A program made the position numbers and the translations under genes. A model generated the notes under the pieces. That model did no database searches. It had not been told where the DNA came from and worked only from the letters and a program-made list of their open reading frames with translations. Of a stretch of 64,000 nt of DNA, positions 1-9,141 are shown one piece after another. Source of the DNA: a virus (taxonomy: Duplodnaviria > Heunggongvirae > Uroviricota > Caudoviricetes); IMG/VR virus record IMGVR_UViG_3300031555_004037; one strand, 5' to 3'. Positions within the stretch are counted from its first letter, which is position 1. Every line of letters starts with the position of its first letter.

Positions 1-59
1 TATAATTTCCATTTAACAACTAAATAAAAAGAAAAAGGAGAGAGTAAAAATGACAAGAA

Positions 60-785
60 ATGTGGTACAACTTGAGTGACTTGACCATTAAATTGTTAAT
101 TGCTGGTTTCTTTATCACGATTATTGTTTCTTATATAAAAACATTTTTTGCATCTTATGATTATATAATGGGGCATTTATCTGAATACTTATATATAGTA
201 GCAGAGAAAAAATGTTTAAGAGAATTTAAAAAGAATAAGAAACAAATCTATACGAAAAAAGGAGATTATACAGCAATTTTCAATAAAGCAGTTCAAACTA
301 AAATAAATGAACTGAATACTTCGTGTCAATTTTACTCTCAAGACTTTTATCACTTTTATAGACACCGTAGACCATTATTAAAATGTAGAGTAGATGATTT
401 AATTATTGATTACATAAAAAATCATTCAGACCACATTGTTGATAATAATTTTAATAGTATCACACCTGAACAATTCTTTAAATTAAAGAAAACAATGTCA
501 GGAGATATGGTTGGTGTTTATGTTATTTATAATAAGAATAAAAAAATGTATTATGTAGGACAAGCCACTCGATTATTTTTTAGAGTAAATCAACATTTCA
601 CAGGTCACGGAAATGGAGATGTATATGCTGATTATAAAAGGGGTGGGGATAAATTCACTATTAAATTATGTCCTTTAGTAAATAGTGGATATTTTGATTT
701 AGATAAATTTGAAAAAGATATGATAGCAAAATATGATGCCTATAACAATGGTTATAATAAAACTATTGGAAATGGCGATTGGTAA
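60..785 (+). CDS. Membrane-anchored GIY-YIG nuclease-domain protein
   Basis: N-terminal hydrophobic helix; C-terminal GVYVIYN..MYYVGQA..RVNQH..E..I..Y..YN pattern typical of GIY-YIG. Confidence 0.7.
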   Translation: MWYNLSDLTIKLLIAGFFITIIVSYIKTFFASYDYIMGHLSEYLYIVAEKKCLREFKKNKKQIYTKKGDYTAIFNKAVQTKINELNTSCQFYSQDFYHFYRHRRPLLKCRVDDLIIDYIKNHSDHIVDNNFNSITPEQFFKLKKTMSGDMVGVYVIYNKNKKMYYVGQATRLFFRVNQHFTGHGNGDVYADYKRGGDKFTIKLCPLVNSGYFDLDKFEKDMIAKYDAYNNGYNKTIGNGDW

Positions 786-801
786 GGAGATTTTTTTTAA
801 A

Positions 802-948
802 ATGATGATTGTAGGAATTTTATTAATGATATTGTCAATTTGTTTTATAGTTTGTTTGGGATTTTGTCAGAATAGTAATATAAGTACAACCTTATATGAT
901 AAGCAATTAAATGACGAAATTCAAATGGCTTATTTATCAAAGTTATAA
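802..948 (+). CDS. Small membrane protein
   Basis: AAGGAG RBS before ATG 802 (track start 733); one hydrophobic segment. Confidence 0.45.
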   Translation: MMIVGILLMILSICFIVCLGFCQNSNISTTLYDKQLNDEIQMAYLSKL

Positions 949-962
949 GGAGTATATATAAT

Positions 963-1145
963 ATGAAGAAATTATGGAATTTTACTACAAAAACCATTGG
1001 CACTATTGTTATTTTATTTATGGCATTTTGTACTATTTTAGGTATTGTAGATTATTTTATGAAAAAGCATTATAACAAATCCGTAGAAACTTGTGAAGAT
1101 TTTGATGACGATTTAGACGATTTCTTTGAAGAAGATTTAGATTAA
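963..1145 (+). CDS. Small membrane protein with acidic tail
   Basis: RBS AAGGAG; one TM helix followed by a D/E-rich C-terminus. Confidence 0.6.
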   Translation: MKKLWNFTTKTIGTIVILFMAFCTILGIVDYFMKKHYNKSVETCEDFDDDLDDFFEEDLD

Positions 1146-1165
1146 AAATTTAATAGAAAAAATTG

Positions 1166-1194
1166 TTGACAAATTGAAATATATGTGTTATAAT
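1166..1194 (+). promoter_or_regulatory. Consensus sigma-A/70 promoter
   Basis: TTGACA (1166-1171), 17 bp spacer, TG-N-TATAAT (1189-1194), A-rich UP element. Confidence 0.85.
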
Positions 1195-1246
1195 CATTTC
1201 AATGAGTAAGAGATAAAAGATTTGAGATTTGAAAGGAGTGTTGCAT

Positions 1247-2002
1247 ATGAATACTACACCAATTATTGAAAGTTTTAATGTAGATGAAGAGTTTATGTAC
1301 GGAGAGGTATATAACTTTATTAAGGGATATGCAACAGGTATGTGTCTTACACAAACTTTAAAAGCATTACCATTAGCAAGAAAGTTTCATAATGGACAGT
1401 ATCGTAAAGGTACTATTATGGTAGATGGTAAAGAGTGGAGATTACCTTATATTCTTCATTGTTTAAAAGTTTGTAGTACCTTAATCTCATTAAATCTGCC
1501 AATGTCAAATGAGGAATTAGATATTTTATTTGCGTCTGCTTTATTACACGACAGCATTGAGGACGCTGAAACTTACTTCATTGACGGTGGAATTGAATTA
1601 GTGACAGAATATGGATTTTCGGAAAAGGTATATGAAACTGTATCACTTGTTAGTAAAACCCCAGGTTATACTGATGAACAGTTAAATACCTATTTCAATA
1701 ATATTAAGAGAAATAAGTTTGCACTTTTAGTTAAGTTAGCAGACCGTTCTCATAATGTTGAAGATTTATATAATATGAAAACAGAAAAGATACATAAGTA
1801 TGTTAGAGAAACTCGTATGTGGATTTACCCATTATCTACATACGGAAAGGCTAACTATCCTGAACTGTCAAATGGGTTGACAATACTTAAATCAAAAATC
1901 GTATCACTAACAGAGGCAACTGAAACCATAGTAGAAATGTATGGTGCTATCATTAGTGAGAAAGATAAAGAAATCGAAGAATTAAAGAAACAGTTATCAT
2001 AA
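1247..2002 (+). CDS. HD-domain RelA/SpoT-like small alarmone hydrolase (Mesh1-like)
   Basis: ARKFHNGQYRK, PYILH, LLHDSIED and VKLADRSHN motifs of the (p)ppGpp hydrolase HD domain; no synthetase domain; RBS AAAGGAG before ATG 1247. Confidence 0.8.
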   Translation: MNTTPIIESFNVDEEFMYGEVYNFIKGYATGMCLTQTLKALPLARKFHNGQYRKGTIMVDGKEWRLPYILHCLKVCSTLISLNLPMSNEELDILFASALLHDSIEDAETYFIDGGIELVTEYGFSEKVYETVSLVSKTPGYTDEQLNTYFNNIKRNKFALLVKLADRSHNVEDLYNMKTEKIHKYVRETRMWIYPLSTYGKANYPELSNGLTILKSKIVSLTEATETIVEMYGAIISEKDKEIEELKKQLS

Positions 2003-2016
2003 GGAGTGTGACTATT

Positions 2017-2205
2017 ATGGCTAAATTAACAAAAAGAGAAAAAGAAAAAATTCATATGCAAACATTACAGATGTTAGGTGGTCATAGTAGGGGTGCTACT
2101 TGGGTTGGTTTAAGACCGTCTGTTGTTGAAGATAAAAGACCTACAAAAAATAAGAAATTGCGTAGAACAGAGAGTAGAAATCTCTGTCGCAATTATTCTT
2201 ATTAG
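2017..2205 (+). CDS. Small basic hypothetical protein
   Basis: RBS AAGGAG; K/R-rich ORF packed in the operon. Confidence 0.55.
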   Translation: MAKLTKREKEKIHMQTLQMLGGHSRGATWVGLRPSVVEDKRPTKNKKLRRTESRNLCRNYSY

Positions 2206-2217
2206 AAAGGATATATT

Positions 2218-2745
2218 ATGAATTATTATATTTCAGATTTACATTTTGGTCATTATAATATTATTAAATTATGTAATAGACCTTTTAAAAGTATTGATGA
2301 AATGAATAATGTTTTAATTAAAAATTGGAATAGTGTTGTGACAGATAATGATGATGTTTATATTGTTGGAGATTTGTTTTATAGAACTACTATTGATGAA
2401 ATGTTAAAAATCTTAAAGAAATTAAAAGGTAACAAACATCTTATTATTGGAAATCACGATAAGGATATTATTAGAAATAAGGAATTGCGAAATCAGTTTA
2501 TTGAGATTAGAGATATTTTAACTATTAATGATAATGGAATAAAAATAGTTTTATGTCATTATCCTATGGTTGAATGGGATGGATATTATAGAGATGTATT
2601 ACATTTCTATGGACATATTCATAACAATTTTGAAAATGCTACAACTAAATATATAAGTAGTATTAAAAATGCTTATAATGTTGGAGCAGATTTATTAGGT
2701 TTTATACCTAGAACATCAAAAGAAATTATAAATAGAGCTGCTTAA
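2218..2745 (+). CDS. Calcineurin-like metallophosphoesterase (phage-type)
   Basis: SDLHFGH, GD, GNHD, HYP and GHIH motifs. Confidence 0.9.
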   Translation: MNYYISDLHFGHYNIIKLCNRPFKSIDEMNNVLIKNWNSVVTDNDDVYIVGDLFYRTTIDEMLKILKKLKGNKHLIIGNHDKDIIRNKELRNQFIEIRDILTINDNGIKIVLCHYPMVEWDGYYRDVLHFYGHIHNNFENATTKYISSIKNAYNVGADLLGFIPRTSKEIINRAA

Positions 2746-2764
2746 TTGTAGTTCTATTTTATTT
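2731..2764 (+). terminator. Probable intrinsic terminator
   Basis: AATAGAGCTGC/GTAGTTCTATT hairpin over the stop codon, followed by T-rich sequence. Confidence 0.5.
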
Positions 2765-2780
2765 AGAAAGGAAGTCATTT

Positions 2781-3050
2781 ATGAGTTTATTGGGTATTTA
2801 TATTGGACTTGCAATTTATGGAATATGTAGTTTAATTGTGGACGGTATTGTATGTTTACTTGATTCATTAAATAAGAAACAATTAGGTGCATTAGGATTA
2901 TTTTGGAATACCATTATTATTGTAGGTACTTATTTTTTTAGACCATATTTTCCAACCGATATTTTATTTTATGTATTATTTATAATTTCTGCTGTGAATT
3001 TAATTTTAAATATGATTATATTTACAGTTGGTATAATGACTAATAAATAA
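2781..3050 (+). CDS. Small multi-pass membrane protein
   Basis: Three hydrophobic segments; RBS. Confidence 0.6.
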   Translation: MSLLGIYIGLAIYGICSLIVDGIVCLLDSLNKKQLGALGLFWNTIIIVGTYFFRPYFPTDILFYVLFIISAVNLILNMIIFTVGIMTNK

Positions 3051-3062
3051 AGGATATAAAAT

Positions 3063-3485
3063 ATGAAAGTAAAAGATTTTGTAGAACAACATAAACATAT
3101 AAATTATTGTGAAGCAATAATATTTCCTAATGGGGATATTGAATATGCTAATCCTAGTCATACTGAAAAATTGATAAGTATTACTAATGAACCTAAAGAA
3201 GAATTAGATAGAAAAATTCCTATTGATGCTGGACCTGTTGCGTGGCTAGTTGATTATACTGGATGTGTTGTTTTATGGTATGATTTTTGTTATCTACCAG
3301 AACAGTTTACATCAGCACAAGCATTTACAATAGCAGAATTATTAAAAGCAAAAATAGTTCATAACCCATATATAGGACATCAATTAAAAGAGAAAGCAAT
3401 TATTGAAAGGAATAATCTATATCGAGAAACTGGTAAGTTTAAAGAAATAGAGAAAAAAGAAATTCCATTCTATTTAGAAAAATAA
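3063..3485 (+). CDS. Hypothetical protein
   Basis: 140-aa ORF with RBS (YCEAII...PSH motif). Confidence 0.65.
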   Translation: MKVKDFVEQHKHINYCEAIIFPNGDIEYANPSHTEKLISITNEPKEELDRKIPIDAGPVAWLVDYTGCVVLWYDFCYLPEQFTSAQAFTIAELLKAKIVHNPYIGHQLKEKAIIERNNLYRETGKFKEIEKKEIPFYLEK

Positions 3486-3506
3486 AAAAAAATAAAAAAA
3501 TTTTAA

Positions 3507-3541
3507 AAAAGTATATACTTTTAAAAAAACTTTGTTATAAT
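3507..3541 (+). promoter_or_regulatory. Extended -10 promoter with overlapping palindrome upstream of the DUF2828 gene
   Basis: TGTTATAAT at 3533-3541; perfect palindrome AAAAGTATATACTTTT at 3507-3522 over the -35 position. Confidence 0.55.
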
Positions 3542-3611
3542 AGAAAATGTAAACAATGAGAGATTAATTAAGAAGAATAGTACATAGGGTATGTACACGG
3601 AGGTATTTATT

Positions 3612-5069
3612 ATGGAAAAGAATTTAATGAATTTAATGGCAAGTGAGAAGAGAACAGAGAATGGTGCATATGCAAAGAATACAACTTTCGATTCAGTTGT
3701 AGATTTATTTGCAGTTGCAGGAGCACTTCGTTATAGAAATAACGAGGATATTATTTCTATGTGGGAAAAGGCTTATGCTGAAAGTCCTGAACTTGCATTT
3801 AGAATGATTTTCTATATTAGAAATGTTCGTGGTGGTCTTGGCGAGAGAGATACATTTAGAACACTCGTAAAGTATGTGGCAAACACATACCCTAGTTTCG
3901 TATGTGCAAATTTAGAGAATGTTGTTTTCTATGGTAGATTTGATGATTTATTCATCTTATTTGATACACCAGTAGAAGATGCAATGGTTGAGTTTGTACA
4001 TAATCAGTTAAAGGCTGATGTTGATAATATGAATAAGGGAAAGTCTATCTCTTTATTAGCAAAGTGGATGCCTAGCAATAACACTTCTTCACAGAATACA
4101 GTTATGTTAGCAAATAGATTTATCAAGGCATTTGGTATGTCTGCATCTGCTTATAGAAAGACTCTTTCTGCGTTAAGAAAGTATAGTAATGTAACAGAAG
4201 TATATATGTCTGCAAATGAGTGGGGTAATATCAATTATCCAACAGTTTCTTCTAATGCAATGACAAAGTATTATGGTGCGTTCTATAAGAGAGATGAAGA
4301 TAGATTTAAGGAGTACCTTGATGATGTAAAGTCTGGAAAGACTGAAATCAAGGCTGGAACTTTATATCCTTATGACCTTGTACACAAGTATATGGGTTAC
4401 TCTAGTAGAAAAGAAGATACTGTTGAATTACAGTGGAAGAATCTTCCTGACTACTTTAATGGAGAAACATTTAATGCACTTGTAATGGCAGATGTGTCTG
4501 GTTCAATGAGTGGTAGACCTATGGAAACATCAGTAGGTTTAGCAATCTATTTTGCAGAGCATAACAAGGGTGCATTTGCTAATTCATATATGACATTTAC
4601 AGCAAGTCCAGAAATTAGAACTATTAGACCTAATATGTCTTTATATGAAAAGGTTAAGGATGTTATGAATCACGGTGTTGGTTATGACACAAACCTTGAA
4701 AAGGCATTTATGAAGGTTCTTAATACTGCTACAAATAACCACTTATCACAAGATGATATGCCTGAGTCTATCATTGTTATTTCTGATATGGAAATCAATA
4801 GTTTTGGAGAGGACACAACTTTCCTTAACGCAATGAAGACCCGTTTTGAAAACGCAGGCTATAAGTTACCAAAGTTAGTTTGGTGGAATGTAAACGCTAG
4901 AAACAACACATTCCACGCAGACGCATCTGACGATGCCCAGTTCATTTCTGGTAGTTCTGTATCTGCCTTTGAGTCACTTATTAGTGGTAAGACTTTATCT
5001 GCTATTGAGTTAGTAGAGCAGACACTTTCTGCTTATGATAGAGTTGTAATTCCTAGTAAGGTAGCATAA
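3612..5069 (+). CDS. DUF2828 / TROVE-like + vWA protein (Ro60-like)
   Basis: N-terminal RTENGA, YIRNVRGGLGER, YGRFDDL, LAKWMPS and LYPYDL motifs; C-terminal vWA MIDAS DVSGSM...T...ISDME and VWWNV; RBS GGAGG before ATG 3612. Confidence 0.85.
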   Translation: MEKNLMNLMASEKRTENGAYAKNTTFDSVVDLFAVAGALRYRNNEDIISMWEKAYAESPELAFRMIFYIRNVRGGLGERDTFRTLVKYVANTYPSFVCANLENVVFYGRFDDLFILFDTPVEDAMVEFVHNQLKADVDNMNKGKSISLLAKWMPSNNTSSQNTVMLANRFIKAFGMSASAYRKTLSALRKYSNVTEVYMSANEWGNINYPTVSSNAMTKYYGAFYKRDEDRFKEYLDDVKSGKTEIKAGTLYPYDLVHKYMGYSSRKEDTVELQWKNLPDYFNGETFNALVMADVSGSMSGRPMETSVGLAIYFAEHNKGAFANSYMTFTASPEIRTIRPNMSLYEKVKDVMNHGVGYDTNLEKAFMKVLNTATNNHLSQDDMPESIIVISDMEINSFGEDTTFLNAMKTRFENAGYKLPKLVWWNVNARNNTFHADASDDAQFISGSSVSAFESLISGKTLSAIELVEQTLSAYDRVVIPSKVA

Positions 5070-5095
5070 AGGATTTAGAATAGTGCTTTATTATG

Positions 5096-5475
5096 TAGAC
5101 ACTAGCAGCAATTAAATTATATCAAATTTGGATGATTTTTCGTGTCTAGTTTAAAATAAAAAATAAAGCACTATTTAATTATAAGGTTGTATTATATTAT
5201 AACTTATGTTATGATAATTAAGTAAATATTATTTTTATTTAGGCACAAACAGCAATATACTATACTATTCTAATGGGTGAGAATTTTTCGTGTCTAGTTA
5301 ATAAGAATAAAATATTTACATAATTATAAATTAAGACGCACACAGCAATCTAAAAATTGGAAAATGTATTCTTTAAAACATATTTTTAGCGTCTTGTAAC
5401 TTTAGACACAAACAGCAATCTATTACAAGTAAGTATTTTTAATGATGATGAAAACAACTACATATTGTGTCTAGT
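5096..5475 (+). ncRNA. Array of four structured units, consensus TAGACAC-N3-CAGCAAT-variable-GTGTCTA-GT (candidate small RNAs)
   Basis: Units at 5096-5150, 5240-5298, 5333-5397 and 5403-5475; 7-bp terminal stems with compensatory and G-U changes; invariant CAGCAAT; no ORF in the region. Confidence 0.7.
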
Positions 5476-5519
5476 AAAAACTATACTGTAAGATATAAAA
5501 AGAAAAGGAGAGAAAACGT

Positions 5520-5951
5520 ATGAACAGAATTATCCAGACAGTAACATTATGTGCCGACCCAGAGGTAAAGACTTATGGGGAGGGAAAGGCTCTTGTTAAT
5601 TTTAACGGAGCAGTAAACAAGAGATTTGCAAAGGAAGGAGAGCCTAATGCTGATTTCTTCCGTTATGTAGCCTTTGGAAAGACTGCTGAATTTATTGGCA
5701 AGTATTTCAAGAAGGGTTCAAAGATGCTTGTGACAGGAGAACTTAACAACAACAATTATGAAAAGGATGGTGTAAAGCACTATCAGGACCAGATTGTTAT
5801 TGATACAGTAGAGTTCTTTGGTAAGAAGGCTGACGGAGAGAATAATGGTTCAGAAAAGTCCGAAACAAATTCTGAAACAAAGTCTGAAACAAATGAGTCA
5901 AAGAGCGATTCTTCTGGATTTGCCTCATATGACGCATATGATGATTTTTAA
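5520..5951 (+). CDS. ssb: Single-stranded DNA-binding protein
   Basis: MNRII..L..DPE, ADFF..VAFGKTAEFI.KYF.KG OB fold; acidic C-terminal tail ending DDF. Confidence 0.9.
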   Translation: MNRIIQTVTLCADPEVKTYGEGKALVNFNGAVNKRFAKEGEPNADFFRYVAFGKTAEFIGKYFKKGSKMLVTGELNNNNYEKDGVKHYQDQIVIDTVEFFGKKADGENNGSEKSETNSETKSETNESKSDSSGFASYDAYDDF

Positions 5952-5977
5952 TATGTAAATAATTGAATTAACTAAAG

Positions 5978-6024
5978 TAGCCTAGTGCATTTATATAAAT
6001 TATAAATAGCATTGGGCTATTTTT
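5978..6024 (+). terminator. Intrinsic terminator
   Basis: TAGCCTAGTGC/GCATTGGGCTA stem followed by a T-tract after ssb. Confidence 0.7.
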
Positions 6025-6049
6025 ATTATGGAGAAAGGAAATTATACTA

Positions 6050-7423
6050 ATGAGTAAGACAGTAAAAATACTTTTATTACTTACACTAGGAATTATATAT
6101 CTAAAATTTTTAATTATTTCACAAAATTCAGATATGTTTTTTATAATTGCTAGTGGAAAAGATATTTTAAATGGAAATTTTTATTATAATACATATACAA
6201 ATTTACCTATAATACATCAACAATGGTTATATTCTGTAATATGTGCATTGTTTGATAAATTAGGTATATATGGTCATTGGCTATTTGTATTTATACAAGA
6301 TATTGTATTATGGTATGTATCTTATAGATTTATAAATAAGAAAACAAGAAATAACTGGTCAGCAATAATAATTCCTATCATTACAATTATTATCTGTCAT
6401 AATTATATGATTTGTATTAGACCACAGATAATTACAATGATTTTATTGATAAGTGAATTATTAGTAATAGAGAAATATAAAGAAAATTTTAATGGAAAAT
6501 ATTTATTATGGTTATTACCTATAAGTATATTAGAGGCAAATTTACATCAATCTTTATTCCTGTATCATATTTTTATTATGATACCTTATTTATATAATAT
6601 AGAAGAAAAACAAATAGATTGGAAATTGATTTTAATAAGTCCTTTTATGGCATTGAGTACCTTATTAACTCCTTATGGTTTAGATGGAACATTATTTATT
6701 TTTAAAGTGGCACAATCTAATGTATTTGATAAGGTTTCAATAAATGAAGTAGCACCTGTAAAAATTAGTTCTTATATTGGAATAGTTTTATTGATAATGC
6801 TTTTAACTATAATTCTTTTAAATTATAAAAGAAAATCAAATAAATATATAAATTTTTATGTGATTTCAGTATTTATATTATGTTTAATTTCAGTTAGACA
6901 TTCTATATTGATGATGATACCTTTATTATATTTATTTGTTCTTATAGATTTTGATAAAAAGAAATCTATAAAAGGTATTTTAGTTTTAATGTTTTTAGGA
7001 ACTTTATGGTTATTAAATACATTAAATTCTCCTTATAATATACTTACAAATGAAGAAGATAAATGTATTTGTGTAGAAGTATTAGAAGAAATTCCGAAAG
7101 ATGCTACTATATATAATGAAATGAATTTAGGTAATTATTTAGAATATATGGAATATGAAAATATTTTATTTGATGTTAGACCTGAATTATATACTTATCC
7201 ATTATGTGAGAAAGATTATTTTAATGATTATAGAAAATTCAAATTTGGTTTTTCTTTAAATGGTACATTGGCAACTGACGAAGAAATTCAAGATATATAT
7301 AATGATTATGAATATATAATTGCTCAAAAGGTAAGTTATGTAAACCGAATATTACAAAATGATGAATCTTATAGTTTAATAAATAATGAAAATATTTGGT
7401 ACAATATCTATAAACAAAATTAG
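6050..7423 (+). CDS. Polytopic membrane protein, GT-C glycosyltransferase-like
   Basis: About 10 TM segments; D-x-x-x-x-x-x-x-G loop after TM1; QWLY, RPQ and NLH motifs; soluble C-terminal domain. Confidence 0.55.
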   Translation: MSKTVKILLLLTLGIIYLKFLIISQNSDMFFIIASGKDILNGNFYYNTYTNLPIIHQQWLYSVICALFDKLGIYGHWLFVFIQDIVLWYVSYRFINKKTRNNWSAIIIPIITIIICHNYMICIRPQIITMILLISELLVIEKYKENFNGKYLLWLLPISILEANLHQSLFLYHIFIMIPYLYNIEEKQIDWKLILISPFMALSTLLTPYGLDGTLFIFKVAQSNVFDKVSINEVAPVKISSYIGIVLLIMLLTIILLNYKRKSNKYINFYVISVFILCLISVRHSILMMIPLLYLFVLIDFDKKKSIKGILVLMFLGTLWLLNTLNSPYNILTNEEDKCICVEVLEEIPKDATIYNEMNLGNYLEYMEYENILFDVRPELYTYPLCEKDYFNDYRKFKFGFSLNGTLATDEEIQDIYNDYEYIIAQKVSYVNRILQNDESYSLINNENIWYNIYKQN

Positions 7424-7471
7424 AAAATTTTAGTATAATAGAAATAATAATGATTTTTATGGAGGTAATTT

Positions 7472-9106
7472 ATGAATATTAATTCAATAGAACTTGTAAA
7501 TTGGAAATGTTTTGATAAAAAGAAAATCACATTTGACAGATTTACATTATTAAATTGGAAAAATGGAGAGGGTAAGACATCTCTTATTCAAGCCATTGTA
7601 TTATGCTTATTTGATAAAAGACCAGATAATTTAGATTTTGCTAGTTTAGTTGATACAAGCAAACCTACTAAAATTACATTAAATTTTACACATAATGCTA
7701 GTACATATATTGTTGAAAGAGAAGTAGGATATTCTTCTGGATATAAATTATATAAAAATGAAGAATTAGTTGCTCGTTCAAGAAATGATTGTAAAAAGAT
7801 TTTAGATAGTATTATTTCTGATTCTGTATTAACTTCTTTATGGGGTTATGAATCTTTATCAGTATCTAATGTATTAAATTCTACATATTTATATGAAATT
7901 TTGGACAAGGAGTTTGAAGATGCACTTGCATTAAGACAGCATTTTACTACTGATAAAACTTATCATCAAAAGCATAAATCAACTCTTGAAAAGACTATTA
8001 CTAATCAAAAGGTTACACAGGAAGAAATTGATACATTAAGAAAAGAACTTGAAGATATTGAAAGTAAAATTAAAGAAAAAGCATTTGTATCTGATAGTGA
8101 TGTTGTTAAAGCAAAAAAGGCAAAGGAAGATTTTGCTGAATATCAAAGATTATTAAGTGAATTAGCCGATTCAGTTCCTTATGATAGAGAATTATGTATT
8201 AGATTAAATGGATATGGTGCAAAAAATCCTGATGAATGGACAAGTTATTTTGAAAATATCCGTAAAGAATTAGAAACAGAAAAGAGTAAAGCAGCAAAGG
8301 CAAGTCCACTTGCTATGTATTCTCGTTCTGTAATTTCTGACTTGATTAGTCAAAGTGAGTCAAAGGGTTGTTGTGAATTATGTGGAAAAACTGGTTTTAC
8401 AAGACCTGTTATAAATTATGATACTGTTGATAATAATAAGATTATGAGATTAGAGAAAATATTGGAAGATGAGAAATATAATTTTGATGATTTATATACA
8501 TCTAAAAAATATTGGTCTATTAAGAAGAAGATTGATGCTGTAATTTATTCAAAAGATGTAGATTTTGAAAAAATCTTAAATGATTATAATGAAGAAACAA
8601 ATAATCTATATGAAGAATACAATATTAAGAAAGAAACCTTTGCTTGTTTAGATAAGGATTTAGCAAAAATCACAGAATTATTAAAAGCAAAAGAAGGATA
8701 TGAGTTAGATAAAACTTGTATAAATATTGTAGACGAATATATTGCAGAGGCAAAGGCTTATTATGCTGATAGTATTGTAAAAAGTGCTACTGAAATTGTA
8801 AAGAAAATCAATACTCGTTATACAGAAATTCTTATTGAAAATGGTATTTATAAAGCGAGATTATTTGATAAGGACTTTACAAAGGAAAGTGTGTTAGCAG
8901 TACAATCATTAAGTAAGGGAGAAAAAACTATTGTTGCATTATCTTTAATTTTAGCAATTAGAAATTTATTTATGCCTAATTTACCTTTAATTATGGATGA
9001 GTCTTTTGCAAATCTTGATACAGATAATTTAACTGCTATTAAGACAATTATAAATGAAGATAAAAACCAATGGATTTTAGTATCTCACGATGAAAGATTT
9101 TTATAA
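7472..9106 (+). CDS. SbcC/Rad50-like SMC ATPase (phage gp46-like)
   Basis: Walker A NGEGKTS, coiled coil, zinc hook CELC, signature LSKGEK, Walker B/D-loop IMDESFANLD, SHD. Confidence 0.9.
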   Translation: MNINSIELVNWKCFDKKKITFDRFTLLNWKNGEGKTSLIQAIVLCLFDKRPDNLDFASLVDTSKPTKITLNFTHNASTYIVEREVGYSSGYKLYKNEELVARSRNDCKKILDSIISDSVLTSLWGYESLSVSNVLNSTYLYEILDKEFEDALALRQHFTTDKTYHQKHKSTLEKTITNQKVTQEEIDTLRKELEDIESKIKEKAFVSDSDVVKAKKAKEDFAEYQRLLSELADSVPYDRELCIRLNGYGAKNPDEWTSYFENIRKELETEKSKAAKASPLAMYSRSVISDLISQSESKGCCELCGKTGFTRPVINYDTVDNNKIMRLEKILEDEKYNFDDLYTSKKYWSIKKKIDAVIYSKDVDFEKILNDYNEETNNLYEEYNIKKETFACLDKDLAKITELLKAKEGYELDKTCINIVDEYIAEAKAYYADSIVKSATEIVKKINTRYTEILIENGIYKARLFDKDFTKESVLAVQSLSKGEKTIVALSLILAIRNLFMPNLPLIMDESFANLDTDNLTAIKTIINEDKNQWILVSHDERFL

Positions 9107-9129
9107 AAGAAAGAAAGAAAGAAAGAAAG
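9106..9129 (+). repeat. (AAAG)6 microsatellite merging into an RBS
   Basis: Six tandem AAAG units directly before the AAGG RBS of ORF 9142. Confidence 0.8.
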
Positions 9130-9141
9130 GAATGAATTATT

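Noticed and set aside
50..79. RBS-linked ATG at 50 giving a 9-aa ORF overlapping the GIY-YIG gene start
   Set aside because: Cannot distinguish a regulatory uORF, a frameshift or chance; the upstream context is cut by the window edge
5096..5475. CRISPR array, tRNA cluster or integron attC interpretation of the four-unit array
   Set aside because: The conserved parts are split around the variable part and pair with each other; spacing is irregular; no cas or integrase gene is in the window; there is no cloverleaf or T-loop and no RYYYAAC/GTTRRRY cores
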